From sequence record ON528732: 64,000 bases of DNA, one strand, 5' to 3'. Positions 43,619-56,450 of this stretch are shown piece after piece. Each line of letters starts with the position of its first letter. Positions within the stretch are counted from its first letter, which is position 1. Both the position numbers and the translations under genes were made by a program. This stretch comes from Shigella phage ESh22. The notes beneath the pieces were generated by a model. The model was given only the letters and a program-made list of their open reading frames with translations, ran no database searches and was not told where the DNA came from.

Positions 43619-45051
43619 ACAGTGTACTGGTCACCATCAATAGTGATTCTTGAAGTAGTGTACTGGCCCTCAGCAGGTGAGATTGCTTGGTTATTTGAGA
43701 GTGCAACCTTAATCTCATTAATTTCAATACCTTGAAGCACATCATAGATATGTCCATAGATTCTATTAGGGATTACATCATTACCCACTTTCAATGTTCT
43801 ACCATAGGCATTAATGCCTTGAACAATCCTGTCGTGAATATCCTGTTCAGGGATGTTAAGAGTTTCTTCATCGTAAAGAGAGTAAGCAACCTTGACAAAA
43901 ACATATTTAGGCATTGGTCTGCTAAAGTAAACATCATGAGGGAGAGAACCTAAGTCATATGCAGTCCCAAAGATTGAACCAAATGGGCGAATACCAGCAG
44001 GTTTCGTGTCCCAGATTGCCTGTGCAATATTATCATTCTGACCACCAACTACAACAATCTTAAAAGACTTCGGAGGAAGACCATCAGAGTTTGTTGTCTC
44101 AGTGTCATTCTCTACACCAGAAGCGTCAGACACACCTTGAACTCTCTTTACAGCAGCTACAATAGCATCCAGAGTACCCACACCAGTAACAGCCAAAGAT
44201 TCTAAGTAACGTTGTCTCAGTTCTGTGTCAGTTTCCTCATCACGACCAGTTGTCAAGTCATATCTGTTGAAAACACTGTCAAGACCATCTACAGTTGTTT
44301 CAATCTCAATCAAGGTTCCTGCCAGAGTCTGGATAGCTCCAGTTTCATCTGCTACAACGTCACTGATTGAGGTAATCTTTGTAAATGTTAAGAATGTCGT
44401 TGCAGTCACAACCATAGGGTTAGTTCTGGCAATGATATCTCCAGTGTCTTTATAAATTCTTAGCACTGAACCATCATTAATAACTTCAGCCTTTGCAACA
44501 ATACCACCATTGATAGAGTCTGCAAGTTTCTGTAGCAATGTTGTAATGGTGTCAGAGCTAGTCGGCTGATATGAATACTCAATGTTGTCAATGATAATGA
44601 CATAGTTTGCATCTGTTCGTAAAGAGTTAACTTCTAAGTTTGCCTCTACACAATAAGATGGAGTCAGTGTGAAAGTTGACACAGGGTAAAAGATGTTACC
44701 TGCTGTGCTTCTTAATCTTGTAGTGGCTGGTACAGGAGCACCAGAATTACCAGTGAACTCAGCTTGACCTCTTGTAGCCTGTGCCACATATCTGTATACA
44801 GCATTCAAAGCTGTTACATCATCTAAACTGAATCCTTCAGCTTTGTCAATAGTACCACCATCATAGATTTCTGACAAGATTTCATGAACGTCTGCAAGAC
44901 CTCGGCAAACAGAAGCTAAGAATAACCCAAGTTCGCTATCTTCAGAAACATCAAGGTTTGGTGAGATATCTCTATACAGACTTGCTTTAACATCATCCAA
45001 GATTTCTTGATATCTTTTTGTTTGTAAACCTGTATTTGTTAATCCAGCCAT
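43582..45051 (-). CDS. baseplate wedge protein (J-like), tentative
   Basis: 489 aa; size and position downstream of small baseplate genes; no motif verified. Confidence 0.45.
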   Translation of the reverse strand: MAGLTNTGLQTKRYQEILDDVKASLYRDISPNLDVSEDSELGLFLASVCRGLADVHEILSEIYDGGTIDKAEGFSLDDVTALNAVYRYVAQATRGQAEFTGNSGAPVPATTRLRSTAGNIFYPVSTFTLTPSYCVEANLEVNSLRTDANYVIIIDNIEYSYQPTSSDTITTLLQKLADSINGGIVAKAEVINDGSVLRIYKDTGDIIARTNPMVVTATTFLTFTKITSISDVVADETGAIQTLAGTLIEIETTVDGLDSVFNRYDLTTGRDEETDTELRQRYLESLAVTGVGTLDAIVAAVKRVQGVSDASGVENDTETTNSDGLPPKSFKIVVVGGQNDNIAQAIWDTKPAGIRPFGSIFGTAYDLGSLPHDVYFSRPMPKYVFVKVAYSLYDEETLNIPEQDIHDRIVQGINAYGRTLKVGNDVIPNRIYGHIYDVLQGIEINEIKVALSNNQAISPAEGQYTTSRITIDGDQYTVWESSQYTIAKE

Positions 45052-45466
45052 TAAATGTTTACCTCTGTATTAATTTCAACATTGTCAGCAGTTGTCGTTG
45101 CATTAAATCTGACTGACACTTTTCTCATTGCATTGTCCATTGTTGAAGAGTAGTTGTAGATGTTTGTTACATCTCTCGTTTCAACAAGGTAACCTTTCAT
45201 ATAATTATCAAAAATAGAGGTCTTCTGTTTAAACTTAGCAAGCTGCAAATAAGGGAACCCAGCAGAGGTATTAAAGAATACTTCTCCAGCCCTTAGAAGA
45301 CACCTAATATGTAATCTCTGTGCTACCTGTGTAGCTTTATCATCTTCTGGGATAATTCTAATTTGATTACCCGTAATTTTTAAATCTCCGTGAGCTACGT
45401 ATACAGAGTCATTACCCATTTTTGCTACGTAGTCTCCACCAAGATTAATTGCAAAATCTGTCTTCA

Positions 45467-45467
<1 letters not shown>
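45051..45467 (-). CDS. baseplate wedge protein (gp25/W-like), tentative
   Basis: 138 aa; position immediately upstream of the J-like gene. Confidence 0.4.
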
Positions 45468-47422
<1,955 letters not shown>

Positions 47423-47423
<1 letters not shown>

Positions 47424-48229
47424 TAGTAAGTTCCTTTTTTGTTAGGGTTTACAGAATGAGTCTTAAGTGCATTACCTTCACCAGCAGTAAGTTGAGACTG
47501 CCTAATTGCACTTGCAGCATCAGCGTTAGCTTTATCACTAAATGATGTGACACCTTTACTAGTGTTTGCAGAAAGACCGCAATTACCTAAAGCTTTCTGT
47601 TCTGCACTAGAAAGTGGTCTTACTCCGTTAGCTCGCAAGTCATATAATAGTTGACAGTTCAGTTTACCATTTCCAATAGATGTTGTAGTGTTACCTGTAT
47701 TCTTCTTAGAAGTAACTCCATCATCTTTTGTCGTCGCTGTTTTACCAGTTGCAGCAGAAACATCAGTTGTCCCAACTACAGCTTTAAAGTTAATTTCTTG
47801 AAAGGTCATCTGAATACGAAGACCATTAGCAATTGTATGTTCCTTCGAAGCTTTAAACTGTGTAATAATAGAATCATCAATCTTGATACCATCTTTACAG
47901 ACAATTGAAATAATCTGTTTCTGGTCTCTCCACGTTTCAACTGTGCTAATGAAGTTCTCTACAAGTTGACCTTGACGAGTTAATAGAAGGCTACCTTCGT
48001 AGCCCACTACAACAACACCACTAATGGAAATAGTCTTTGGAGAACGCTGTACGTTATCTGTGACTGTTTGACCACTTTGAACCGATTGAGTTGTCACCAA
48101 CATAGGTGAGTCATACTCCATGTTTTCTGTTGCAGATAGTGTAAGGAAAGCATCTACATTATCCCTCAGATGGAAATAAATACCATCCTTTCCAGAATAC
48201 TTGATTTGCATGTTGTTATCCCATAACAT
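47423..48229 (-). CDS. tail/baseplate protein (268 aa) directly after the tape measure
   Basis: ORF track; position. Confidence 0.45.
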
Positions 48230-50463
48230 TATTCATCCTCTGGGTAGCTAGAACTTAACAGAATATCTTCCTGACTCTTATTAGTGATATCCACCATTTT
48301 ATTAGCAATCTGCTTACCATCCAGATTAAAGGAAACATTAAGCGTCTGCTTAGTTTGTAATGGGAATCCAGATGGACTCATCATCATTGGTGTCTGGTTA
48401 AACTTAGTTGCAAAGTTGTTTAAAGACTCAGACAGGTTGTTCATGATGATATCCCAATTTGACAATCCATTATCCACTCTCTGAATATTTCCAGAAGTGT
48501 CAGTGGTATATTGTGCGAACCTCAACTGTCCATTTTGGTCAAAGAACATCGGACGTTTAGCATTGGTAACTCCAGCAATAGCTTCGTTGAAAGGGTTTGG
48601 TGTATTAACATCACTAAATCTCTTCCCAGCATTTGGGTCAGCCGAACTTGAAAGCATAAGTGCAGAACCACCTACACCAAGAGCCATTCTAGTTCCTGTT
48701 ACACCAGCCGTTGTAGCTACTGTCTCTGCTGCTGTTGTCAGACCAAGCTTTTGAGCAATCTTAGCCAAAATACCTTCTTCAAAAATACTCTTGACAAATG
48801 CTACAGTACCACCGAAGATTTTAGCAACTTTCGTGATAGCTGCAATTGCAACACCGATAGCAGTGAACGTTGCAACTAACTCAGCAGAGTCCTTGATAAG
48901 TTTCTGTTGACTTGCACCTAAATCACTGTAATATCCCATTGCTAGGTAGTACAGTCCAGAGATTCGATACATGATATCTGTGATGAAGTCCAGAAGGTTA
49001 CTAGCACCTTTTAACAGGTAGTCAATACCAGTACCAAGAGCTTCAGTAGTCCCAAGGGAACCTTGCAAGAACATTGCAACGGAGTTAGACAACTGTGAGA
49101 TACCATTACTAGAGTTGTTGAAGAGAGCCACTAAGGTGTTATCCCACATCGCTTTTGCTTGACCCATTGATGTAGCAGTCTGCTTAGATACAGCATTCAT
49201 ACCACCTGCTGCGTCAACCAATTCTCTCATCTTCTCAGAGACTTTTGGAAGAACGTCTTTAGCAAGTAGCTTACCATCCTGCATCAACTTATCAAGTTCT
49301 TGTGGAGTCTTACCAATAGCATCAGAGAACAACTGAACAGCACCTGCCAAACGGTCACCTAACTGACCACGAAGTTCTTCAGCCTGAACTTTACCCTTAG
49401 ATGCCATTTGCTGGAAAGCAACCATGATACCTTTCAAGTCTTCATCAGATGCCCCTCTAATACGAGAGAACATTGCAGCGTTCTTATAGAACTCCTGAGT
49501 ACCTTTGAAACCAAGTGCAGGTTGAGCACCAGCAGCAAAGTTTGAGTACTGCTTCATAGTGTCTGTGTAGTTCTGACCAATCTGGTGAGAGAATGCAGCA
49601 GCGAACATTCTAGCTTGCTGTGTATCTGCTCCAAAGATAGCTGTAGAGGCTAACTGTGCAGACTGTCTTTTAACACCTGCATCAATGGTCTTCTGAGCTA
49701 ATTCTAACAAAGCATAGGCAGAAACAAAACCACCAATTAACTGTCTTAGTGAAGAGTTTGCTCTATCCTGTAGCCAAGCTGATTCTTTGACTGCCTTGAT
49801 TCTAGCATTTTCTGCAATAACCCAACGTTTGGTTGTGTCAATGAGTTTTTTAACTTCCATCTCATATTCACCAACCTTACCACTCCCTTTATACTTGTTA
49901 TAGATTCCTTGCAAGTTGCCTCTGAAAGAAGCAGCCATTTGGTTACCCTGTCCACCAATAGTTTCAAGACGACGAGTAAGACCAGAGTAGAAGTTGTTAT
50001 TAAACATCCTTTCCATTTGTCTCTGAGCAATATCAGGTCTAACTCTTGGTGAACCTCCACCCATTGGGGGAACGGTATTCCCACGACCTCTACCAGCACC
50101 ACCACGAATATTAACTTTACCGTCAACGTTCATAGCTTGTCTTAGAGCCTTATTAATTTCTTTGGCTGTCTTCTTCCCTTGTGTCTCTAATTTACGTAGA
50201 GATTTAACACCTTGAGAATCTAAATTGAGAGCGTTGTTTAGGGATTTATTGATTCTGCCCGAAGCAGTCTGAGCGTTTTTAACAAGTCTGTTTAGAGCTT
50301 CTTGAGAACTTTTATTAGGCTTCACGTCAAAGGCTTTGTTAATGTTTCTTTCGATGCGTTGAGCAGATTGCATAGCCATCTTTTCAACTCTCTGTAAACC
50401 TTTTACAACCTTTTCACTGAATCCAAGTTCCACAATAAAACTATCAACTGTATACTGTGCCAT
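48229..50463 (-). CDS. tail tape measure protein
   Basis: 744 aa, Ala/Gln/Lys-rich low-complexity helical sequence; immediately downstream of the chaperone pair and tail tube/sheath. Confidence 0.7.
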   Translation of the reverse strand: MAQYTVDSFIVELGFSEKVVKGLQRVEKMAMQSAQRIERNINKAFDVKPNKSSQEALNRLVKNAQTASGRINKSLNNALNLDSQGVKSLRKLETQGKKTAKEINKALRQAMNVDGKVNIRGGAGRGRGNTVPPMGGGSPRVRPDIAQRQMERMFNNNFYSGLTRRLETIGGQGNQMAASFRGNLQGIYNKYKGSGKVGEYEMEVKKLIDTTKRWVIAENARIKAVKESAWLQDRANSSLRQLIGGFVSAYALLELAQKTIDAGVKRQSAQLASTAIFGADTQQARMFAAAFSHQIGQNYTDTMKQYSNFAAGAQPALGFKGTQEFYKNAAMFSRIRGASDEDLKGIMVAFQQMASKGKVQAEELRGQLGDRLAGAVQLFSDAIGKTPQELDKLMQDGKLLAKDVLPKVSEKMRELVDAAGGMNAVSKQTATSMGQAKAMWDNTLVALFNNSSNGISQLSNSVAMFLQGSLGTTEALGTGIDYLLKGASNLLDFITDIMYRISGLYYLAMGYYSDLGASQQKLIKDSAELVATFTAIGVAIAAITKVAKIFGGTVAFVKSIFEEGILAKIAQKLGLTTAAETVATTAGVTGTRMALGVGGSALMLSSSADPNAGKRFSDVNTPNPFNEAIAGVTNAKRPMFFDQNGQLRFAQYTTDTSGNIQRVDNGLSNWDIIMNNLSESLNNFATKFNQTPMMMSPSGFPLQTKQTLNVSFNLDGKQIANKMVDITNKSQEDILLSSSYPEDE

Positions 50464-50690
50464 TAAATTTTACCTGCCTTTCTGAGTTCGTTATAGGCCA
50501 TTTCTTCTTTGTATGACTTCTGGATTTCCAGATATTGACGAAGAGATAATAGGTCAACGAAAGTCATTGAGAAAAGTTGGTCGAGTGTTTCTTTACACCC
50601 TTCCATTCCATAAATGGCAAGCACAAATTTCATCTCATCTGCTTCTTCATAAGTTGATTCTACAGCCCCGTCAGTCAGCGGGGTCTGCAT
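50463..50690 (-). CDS. tail assembly chaperone, -1 frame extension ORF (T-like part of a G/GT pair)
   Basis: 75 aa ORF in the -1 frame relative to ORF 50699..51106; that frame is open from the slippery site into this ORF. Confidence 0.5.
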   Translation of the reverse strand: MQTPLTDGAVESTYEEADEMKFVLAIYGMEGCKETLDQLFSMTFVDLLSLRQYLEIQKSYKEEMAYNELRKAGKI

Positions 50691-50698
50691 AACATACT

Positions 50699-51106
50699 TT
50701 AAGCTTCCTGAGAAGTTAGGCTTTTGAAAATGCTTGCCTCGAAAAAACTTCCGAAGTTTGCCTCCAAAGCAAAGGCTAAGAAGTCAATAAATTCACCGTA
50801 GTTTGCTTGGAAGTAACTATCAATTTTCAGTGGGAAGTCATCAACAGTTGCCCCCTGAAATAGTAATTCTGCCATTGAGTCAATATCTAACTCATCAATT
50901 CTGTCAAAGCAAGCTTCTACCAGTTCTTTGAAAGGAACTTTAGGAGCTTCTGGATTCTCATCTTTACCAGCAAGACTAGTAATCATCTGAGCAAAGGTGG
51001 GTACAACGACCTTACCAAGCTTCATAGAAATTTTGATACCATCTCTTGCACCAAGAAGGATAATTGTCACCTTCTTACCATTAATATGTTTTGTTTCAGT
51101 CTTCAT
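50699..51106 (-). CDS. tail assembly chaperone (G-like)
   Basis: 135 aa between tail tube and tape measure; contains slippery heptamer U_UUU_UUC near its 3' end. Confidence 0.55.
   Translation of the reverse strand: MKTETKHINGKKVTIILLGARDGIKISMKLGKVVVPTFAQMITSLAGKDENPEAPKVPFKELVEACFDRIDELDIDSMAELLFQGATVDDFPLKIDSYFQANYGEFIDFLAFALEANFGSFFEASIFKSLTSQEA
50741..50747 (-). other. candidate -1 programmed ribosomal frameshift slippery site (T_TTT_TTC)
   Basis: Heptamer in the zero frame of ORF 50699..51106 (codons AGT TTT TTC); the -1 frame from here is stop-free and runs in frame into ORF 50463..50690. Confidence 0.5.
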
Positions 51107-51137
51107 TGTGATTCCTTAAAAGTTATGCTATAAAAAC

Positions 51138-51170
51138 ACAAAAGGGGAAGACCTTTTACAGTCTCCCCCT
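51138..51170 (-). terminator. intrinsic terminator after the tail tube gene (GGGGGAGAC-loop-GGUCUUCCCC + U4)
   Basis: Hairpin + U-tract on minus strand between the tail tube and chaperone genes. Confidence 0.5.
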
Positions 51171-51182
51171 TATTAGGATTTG

Positions 51183-51629
51183 TTAAACGTTTGATGCAGG
51201 GATTGTTGAAGTGTAATCTAACTTCTCACAACCGAAAATCCAAGTTTTCGAGTTCTGGTCACGACCTAATTCAATCTGTGGAAGCTCTTGCAACCAAGCA
51301 TTAATACCTGTTGCCAGAACTGAACCAGATGGGTCATAAATTACAAAGTTAGATGAGATATCTTCTTCAAGTTCCATGTCATCTTGTTTAGCTTGAATTG
51401 CAGAAAGCATCTGGTTAGAGAGAGAAGTCTGCATTAGCTCAATCTCAATAGTACCTGTCTTATCTGCATTTCTTGTCAGAGCTACTTGACCACCTGCACC
51501 TACAACTGGCGTAACAAGTGGAGAAGTTCTCTGTAGACGCAAGAATGAGTCTGGGGCAAAGCCTTCAATAGCAATGCCGTTCCAGCTACATACAACGTCT
51601 TTAGGGGAATATTGCTGATACATAGCCAT
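51183..51629 (-). CDS. tail tube protein
   Basis: 148 aa, immediately downstream of the sheath gene (conserved myovirus order). Confidence 0.55.
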   Translation of the reverse strand: MAMYQQYSPKDVVCSWNGIAIEGFAPDSFLRLQRTSPLVTPVVGAGGQVALTRNADKTGTIEIELMQTSLSNQMLSAIQAKQDDMELEEDISSNFVIYDPSGSVLATGINAWLQELPQIELGRDQNSKTWIFGCEKLDYTSTIPASNV

Positions 51630-51644
51630 TCCAATTTACCTCTA

Positions 51645-52997
51645 TTATTCGTAAGCCACTGTACCTTTCAAGTCAACATCCAAGATAGCTCCTGCTAAGA
51701 TACCTGCGAAGGTAACATCTTTCAGGATACGAGCTTTCTTATCTGCCAAAGCAACTTGAGAGGCTTTAGGAACATTAACTGTGTAAGATGACAGGAAGTT
51801 TCTGTTAACTGCTCTTTGTAGAGAGGTTTCAATGACTTGACGAATACGGGTAATACCAGTATCATCATAAGTAATCTTACCACCCTTCTGGTTAATTAGC
51901 AAGTCTCTCAGAGATGTTTTCAAATCAGATTCAAGCCAATCAACACCACGTACAATATCAATCCATTCACCACCAGAAGTGATACCTCTACGCACTACAG
52001 GAACTCCACCATCAAGGTCAATGAAGTTACAGTTACGAGTGTCCAAAGCTGACTTCTGAATACTTGTCAGTGGTCTCTGGTTAGCAGGTTGTAGAGATGC
52101 TGCAACACCAGTTAATTGAGCATTACCCCAAGCAATTGAACCTGCATCATATGGTGCTCCATATGCGATGTAAGCCATTTCTGGGTAGTCATACTCAGAT
52201 TTGTGATGCCACAAGCAAACTGTACGAGTGTACTTATTTTTAGCTAACTGTGCCGGAACATCGGTTGCAGAGGTTAATTCAGTTCCTTGCAAAGCTTTAA
52301 CGTCAGCATTAGCTGTGAAGAAAATCTTCTTACGAGCCTGAATCTCTGAAGCCATTGCCAAGACAAACTGTTGAGTTCTGTCTTCTGCTGAGATGAAGTA
52401 CCAATCTGTTGAATAAGTTTCGATGGACGCCAGAGCAGCGGAAGCTGTGTCAGCAGTTGTAGCTGCAATAGATGTTGTAGCCGTGATAGATGTTACTTTT
52501 ACGAAATCATTATCACCAGCTTTAGTAATAATCATCGTCGCAGAAGCACCAGTACCTGTTACACTAACATTCACACCATCTTTAATTGTTGGGCTTGCTT
52601 CAATCTGTGATTTAAACTCACTCAAGACAATAAGTGCTGTGTCACTTTCTTTTGCAGTGTATTGGAATGGCTGAGAAACACCACCACCAATAGCAACTGT
52701 TAATGAATATTCACTTCCTTCAGCAACTGTATCAGGAATAGAAACGGTATATTGCATAGTTCTTCTACCAATATACAGTTGAGTTACTTTTGGAGTTTGG
52801 CTCCATAGCTGTTTTGCAGCTTTATATGCAGCAGTACTTTCATCAAAGTCTTCAGCCACTTCTGTTAATGAAGTATAACCACGGATTCTTTCTTCAAAGT
52901 TATCTGTTGAAGCAAGGAATAATGGTAAACCAAAACCTTCTCTTGTAGTCCCTGCTGTGTTCAATGTAATATCTACATTAACAATTGGATTCCACAT
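51645..52997 (-). CDS. tail sheath protein
   Basis: 450 aa, directly upstream of the tube/chaperone/tape-measure genes. Confidence 0.6.
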   Translation of the reverse strand: MWNPIVNVDITLNTAGTTREGFGLPLFLASTDNFEERIRGYTSLTEVAEDFDESTAAYKAAKQLWSQTPKVTQLYIGRRTMQYTVSIPDTVAEGSEYSLTVAIGGGVSQPFQYTAKESDTALIVLSEFKSQIEASPTIKDGVNVSVTGTGASATMIITKAGDNDFVKVTSITATTSIAATTADTASAALASIETYSTDWYFISAEDRTQQFVLAMASEIQARKKIFFTANADVKALQGTELTSATDVPAQLAKNKYTRTVCLWHHKSEYDYPEMAYIAYGAPYDAGSIAWGNAQLTGVAASLQPANQRPLTSIQKSALDTRNCNFIDLDGGVPVVRRGITSGGEWIDIVRGVDWLESDLKTSLRDLLINQKGGKITYDDTGITRIRQVIETSLQRAVNRNFLSSYTVNVPKASQVALADKKARILKDVTFAGILAGAILDVDLKGTVAYE

Positions 52998-53597
52998 TTA
53001 TTTTACCCCTTTGGAGTCTACATCTAGATGGATAGTATATTCTGGTGGCTCCTGTCCTTCCTCGTAAACCAATTCACCATCCACAATGACATGTTCAATA
53101 ATACTCCCATGTTCATCTTTTAATACTGAATTTTTTACAAGGGTTACAACAAGAGGTGCAGAATTTTCAAAGTCTGTGTTGAGATAAGTGTAGTCATTTG
53201 GGATAGCCCCTGTGTCAAGTACTGAAGCACCTGTCTCTTGAGCTAATAAATCTCTTGTCGTACTCATCTCTAATCTTTGTTTTAGCTCCAGCATAATACT
53301 GTGAGCACCTTTACCATTTACGGTAATTAATACTGGAATCTGAAAAGCAATTCTGTAACAAACTACATCGTCTTCCACAAACTTATCAAGAACCCATCCA
53401 TAAGGAGTGGTAGCATCTTGACAATAAACCGTAATAAATGGCTGGTCAGGTTTTAAACCTTTGTCATTAGAATTGTCAGAAGGGTAAGCCCTAATAACGT
53501 TTGGTCTGTTATTCTTATCTCTTGCTAAACGGTGACCGATAACATCTACCAAAGTTCTAACAATCCCCTTTTCAAGTTCTGCTGTTTCTAACTGCAT
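52998..53597 (-). CDS. tail completion / sheath terminator protein, tentative
   Basis: 199 aa; position between the head-completion genes and the sheath. Confidence 0.4.
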   Translation of the reverse strand: MQLETAELEKGIVRTLVDVIGHRLARDKNNRPNVIRAYPSDNSNDKGLKPDQPFITVYCQDATTPYGWVLDKFVEDDVVCYRIAFQIPVLITVNGKGAHSIMLELKQRLEMSTTRDLLAQETGASVLDTGAIPNDYTYLNTDFENSAPLVVTLVKNSVLKDEHGSIIEHVIVDGELVYEEGQEPPEYTIHLDVDSKGVK

Positions 53598-53973
53598 TCA
53601 TCTTATCCCTTCTAATGATGATATATTCATAATGGGATGTGTGAGCTAATTGTTCAGACCAATCCATCGTCATGAAGACTTCGTATTCGTGTCCATCAAT
53701 CATAACAATGTCAGATTCAGTCCAATCAACGTCATCAGACGTTCTTAATTTAGCTACAGTGAAAAGGATTCTTGTATCTGTTAATCTGATACCTTCAGGT
53801 AAAACAATCTGAGTACCATTCTTTACAGAACCCTTGATATAAGGTTGAATATTACCTTTGCAGTTAATTGCTACAATATCCTGAGAAGCTACCCAATCAC
53901 CATCGTTATTGTAATAACCATCTTCAGAAACCTTACGTTTAACTACAAAACTGTGTCTGTTCAAGAGCCTCAT
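53572..53973 (-). CDS. neck / tail completion protein, tentative
   Basis: 133 aa; position. Confidence 0.4.
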   Translation of the reverse strand: MRLLNRHSFVVKRKVSEDGYYNNDGDWVASQDIVAINCKGNIQPYIKGSVKNGTQIVLPEGIRLTDTRILFTVAKLRTSDDVDWTESDIVMIDGHEYEVFMTMDWSEQLAHTSHYEYIIIRRDKMNAVRNSRT

Positions 53974-54452
53974 TTCTTAATACCTTTCTTTGTAGAAATT
54001 TTATAAGCAAGGTTATCTCGTAAATCTCCAGTTTCCACAAGAGGGGCATTAAAGCCTTTCTTTTTAACTGTAGATGGAGCGTTAGGAGGCAATATAGCCG
54101 TATTACCAAAACCTCTTTTAATTGCTTTCTGAGCACTCTTTGCAAACGCTTCTAAAGTATCTGAGGGGTCAGTATTAAGACTGTTTAATTGCTTATAGAG
54201 ATTCTTCTTAGTCTGCTCTAACAAGGTCTGTCGAGATAACATCATAGTAATTTCAAACAGCCTACGATAAACTTTACCAGAAGCAGAGGGAACCCCAATA
54301 ACTTCGTGTAAATACATTAAAGCAGGATAAGAAAAACCAGAGCTATGTTGACCTTGTTCTTGAAAATACCCAACTTGAGCATTAGCCGTATGCAAGTTCT
54401 TCATAGCCCCGACTAATTTAGCTCTAGCGGGGTGAATAACCCTTTTAACCAT
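53970..54452 (-). CDS. head completion / neck protein, tentative
   Basis: 160 aa; position. Confidence 0.4.
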   Translation of the reverse strand: MVKRVIHPARAKLVGAMKNLHTANAQVGYFQEQGQHSSGFSYPALMYLHEVIGVPSASGKVYRRLFEITMMLSRQTLLEQTKKNLYKQLNSLNTDPSDTLEAFAKSAQKAIKRGFGNTAILPPNAPSTVKKKGFNAPLVETGDLRDNLAYKISTKKGIKK

Positions 54453-54901
54453 TATTCATCTCGCTCGATAACAAATACACCATTCACACGTTCACAGTAA
54501 TCTCTACCATAATAACGTGCAGCATCACCGTATTCAGTATATTTCTTGACAGAGCAAGGATTTTGACGACGCATATCAATGTCGCACTGATTAATACCTC
54601 CCGCATAAGGGATTCCATTAACAGAGCTTTTAACTAGGTCGTCATATGCAGCTTTTAGAGATTTGAATCTGGAAGAGTTACGTAAATAAACACCACCAAC
54701 TTTCTCATCTCCCATCTTGGCTACTTGAAAGAGTAAATATTTAAGAGCTTTGATGGCTGCTTTATTTTCATCCTTTCCAGATTCTTGGTAGAACCACTCA
54801 AGCACCGACTGTTCAATAAGTAATTCATTATTGTCAGTATCGGTGCAGAGGATTCTAACTCTATCAAGAGGGTTATTGGCTGGGTCGCCTGTGTAACACA
54901 T
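54452..54901 (-). CDS. head-tail adaptor/connector protein, tentative
   Basis: 149 aa; first gene after the major capsid gene. Confidence 0.4.
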   Translation of the reverse strand: MCYTGDPANNPLDRVRILCTDTDNNELLIEQSVLEWFYQESGKDENKAAIKALKYLLFQVAKMGDEKVGGVYLRNSSRFKSLKAAYDDLVKSSVNGIPYAGGINQCDIDMRRQNPCSVKKYTEYGDAARYYGRDYCERVNGVFVIERDE

Positions 54902-54922
54902 TAATAACCCTCCTTATCTGTA

Positions 54923-56029
54923 TTAAGCAGCATCTGAACGAACGTCAACCAGTAACTGAGGACGTGTGCAGTATGGAAGCATGTAAGAGTGAGCTTCGAA
55001 GTCAATACCTTCGTCACGGTCTTTTTCATATTCGAATACGTACAGTTCCTGACCAAGAGTGTTTGCGTAACCCATCTTAGGACATGGAGCATAAGCCACT
55101 TCAAAGATGTTGTTTGCTTCACCCAGCATTGCAACGTTAGGGAAAGCGTGACCTACACCGATATTAACATCGGACACACCGTCAATGCTCACCAGAGTGT
55201 GAGTCTTGTTACGCTTGTCTTTGAACTTACCGTTGTACTGGACAAACTTAACACCACCGTAGTAGAATGTGTTCATATGAGCCTGAACACCATCAGAACC
55301 ACCAGTTCTTAGAGAACCAGTAATCTGCTGCCAAGCCAGAGGGGTCTGCTGTGCAAGGTATGCGTCACGAATCTTCGGATGCTTGGTAAGTTTGCTGAAG
55401 AAAGTTCTGTCAACAACGATGTGAATTTCTTCACCGTTAATTACAGTACCTGTCTTAGCTTCGTCTTCCATGTGCATACGCAGGTCTTCAATGTGCGCAT
55501 CGATATCAGAGTTCGGGTTGTCAAGGTCGAAGTAGATAGTCTTCTTAGTTACATCGAACTGCTTGTACAGGTCTGCGTACAGAACACCGTTAGCGTCAAT
55601 TACTTTACCCTTCAGGGCTTGCATGAACAAGAACTCACGAGTAATATCGAACTTGGTACGAATCTTCATCAGCTTCTTAGCACGTACAACTGCTTCAGTA
55701 GTCAGTTCATTTGCAGTGCCTGGCTGACGTACACCCTGAATTTCGTCAGGAGTGATGCTTTCAACTTCCTTGAAGTACATCATTGGGAAGCTAATCTGCT
55801 TAACACGTTCAGGTGCACTTGTTTCAGCTTTACGACTAGTGCGGTCTACAGCGTCAAGCAAGCTGATATCCCAATCTGTCAAGTCCATCAGGAAAGTAGT
55901 TTGAGTCTGTGGAGCAGAACGGAACAGTCCCAAACCGGAAATATAACCGTAAGTATTTGGGATAGACTGGACTTCACCAGTCAGGTCAGCAAGGAAAAAT
56001 CTGCTTTTTTCAGAATTAGTTAATGCCAT
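54923..56029 (-). CDS. major capsid protein
   Basis: 368 aa; follows protease/scaffold and decoration genes; size typical of HK97-fold capsid proteins. Confidence 0.6.
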   Translation of the reverse strand: MALTNSEKSRFFLADLTGEVQSIPNTYGYISGLGLFRSAPQTQTTFLMDLTDWDISLLDAVDRTSRKAETSAPERVKQISFPMMYFKEVESITPDEIQGVRQPGTANELTTEAVVRAKKLMKIRTKFDITREFLFMQALKGKVIDANGVLYADLYKQFDVTKKTIYFDLDNPNSDIDAHIEDLRMHMEDEAKTGTVINGEEIHIVVDRTFFSKLTKHPKIRDAYLAQQTPLAWQQITGSLRTGGSDGVQAHMNTFYYGGVKFVQYNGKFKDKRNKTHTLVSIDGVSDVNIGVGHAFPNVAMLGEANNIFEVAYAPCPKMGYANTLGQELYVFEYEKDRDEGIDFEAHSYMLPYCTRPQLLVDVRSDAA

Positions 56030-56060
56030 TATAAAATTCTCCAGAATGTCTTATTATTAA

Positions 56061-56438
56061 TTACAGGCCAGTTGGTACGAAATCAATACCTTTTGCTTTC
56101 AGGGCAGACTTAACAGCAGCAGCATCAACACCATCTGCTAATGTCAGTAAGTCCTTGAGTTCAGCGTCACGGTAGATACCAACAACTTTCAACTGACCGT
56201 GGTAAGACAGTTGCAGGTCTGCATAGAAGTTTACGATACAAACAGAGTCAGCCTGAGCTTCTTGACCAGCAGCTACTTTAGAGCCGTCAGCTTTCAGAAC
56301 TTCACCTACACGGTATTCTGTGCTGGCTACAGGAGCATACTCTTTACGAGAGTGACCAGTTGGTGTAATCTGTTCCCATAGAATGATATCATTCAGAGGT
56401 TCTCTTTCACCTAATTTAGTAAAACCTTGATATGCCAT
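56061..56438 (-). CDS. head decoration / capsid accessory protein, tentative
   Basis: 125 aa between protease/scaffold and the major capsid gene. Confidence 0.4.
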   Translation of the reverse strand: MAYQGFTKLGEREPLNDIILWEQITPTGHSRKEYAPVASTEYRVGEVLKADGSKVAAGQEAQADSVCIVNFYADLQLSYHGQLKVVGIYRDAELKDLLTLADGVDAAAVKSALKAKGIDFVPTGL

Positions 56439-56450
56439 TATTTGTGTTCC

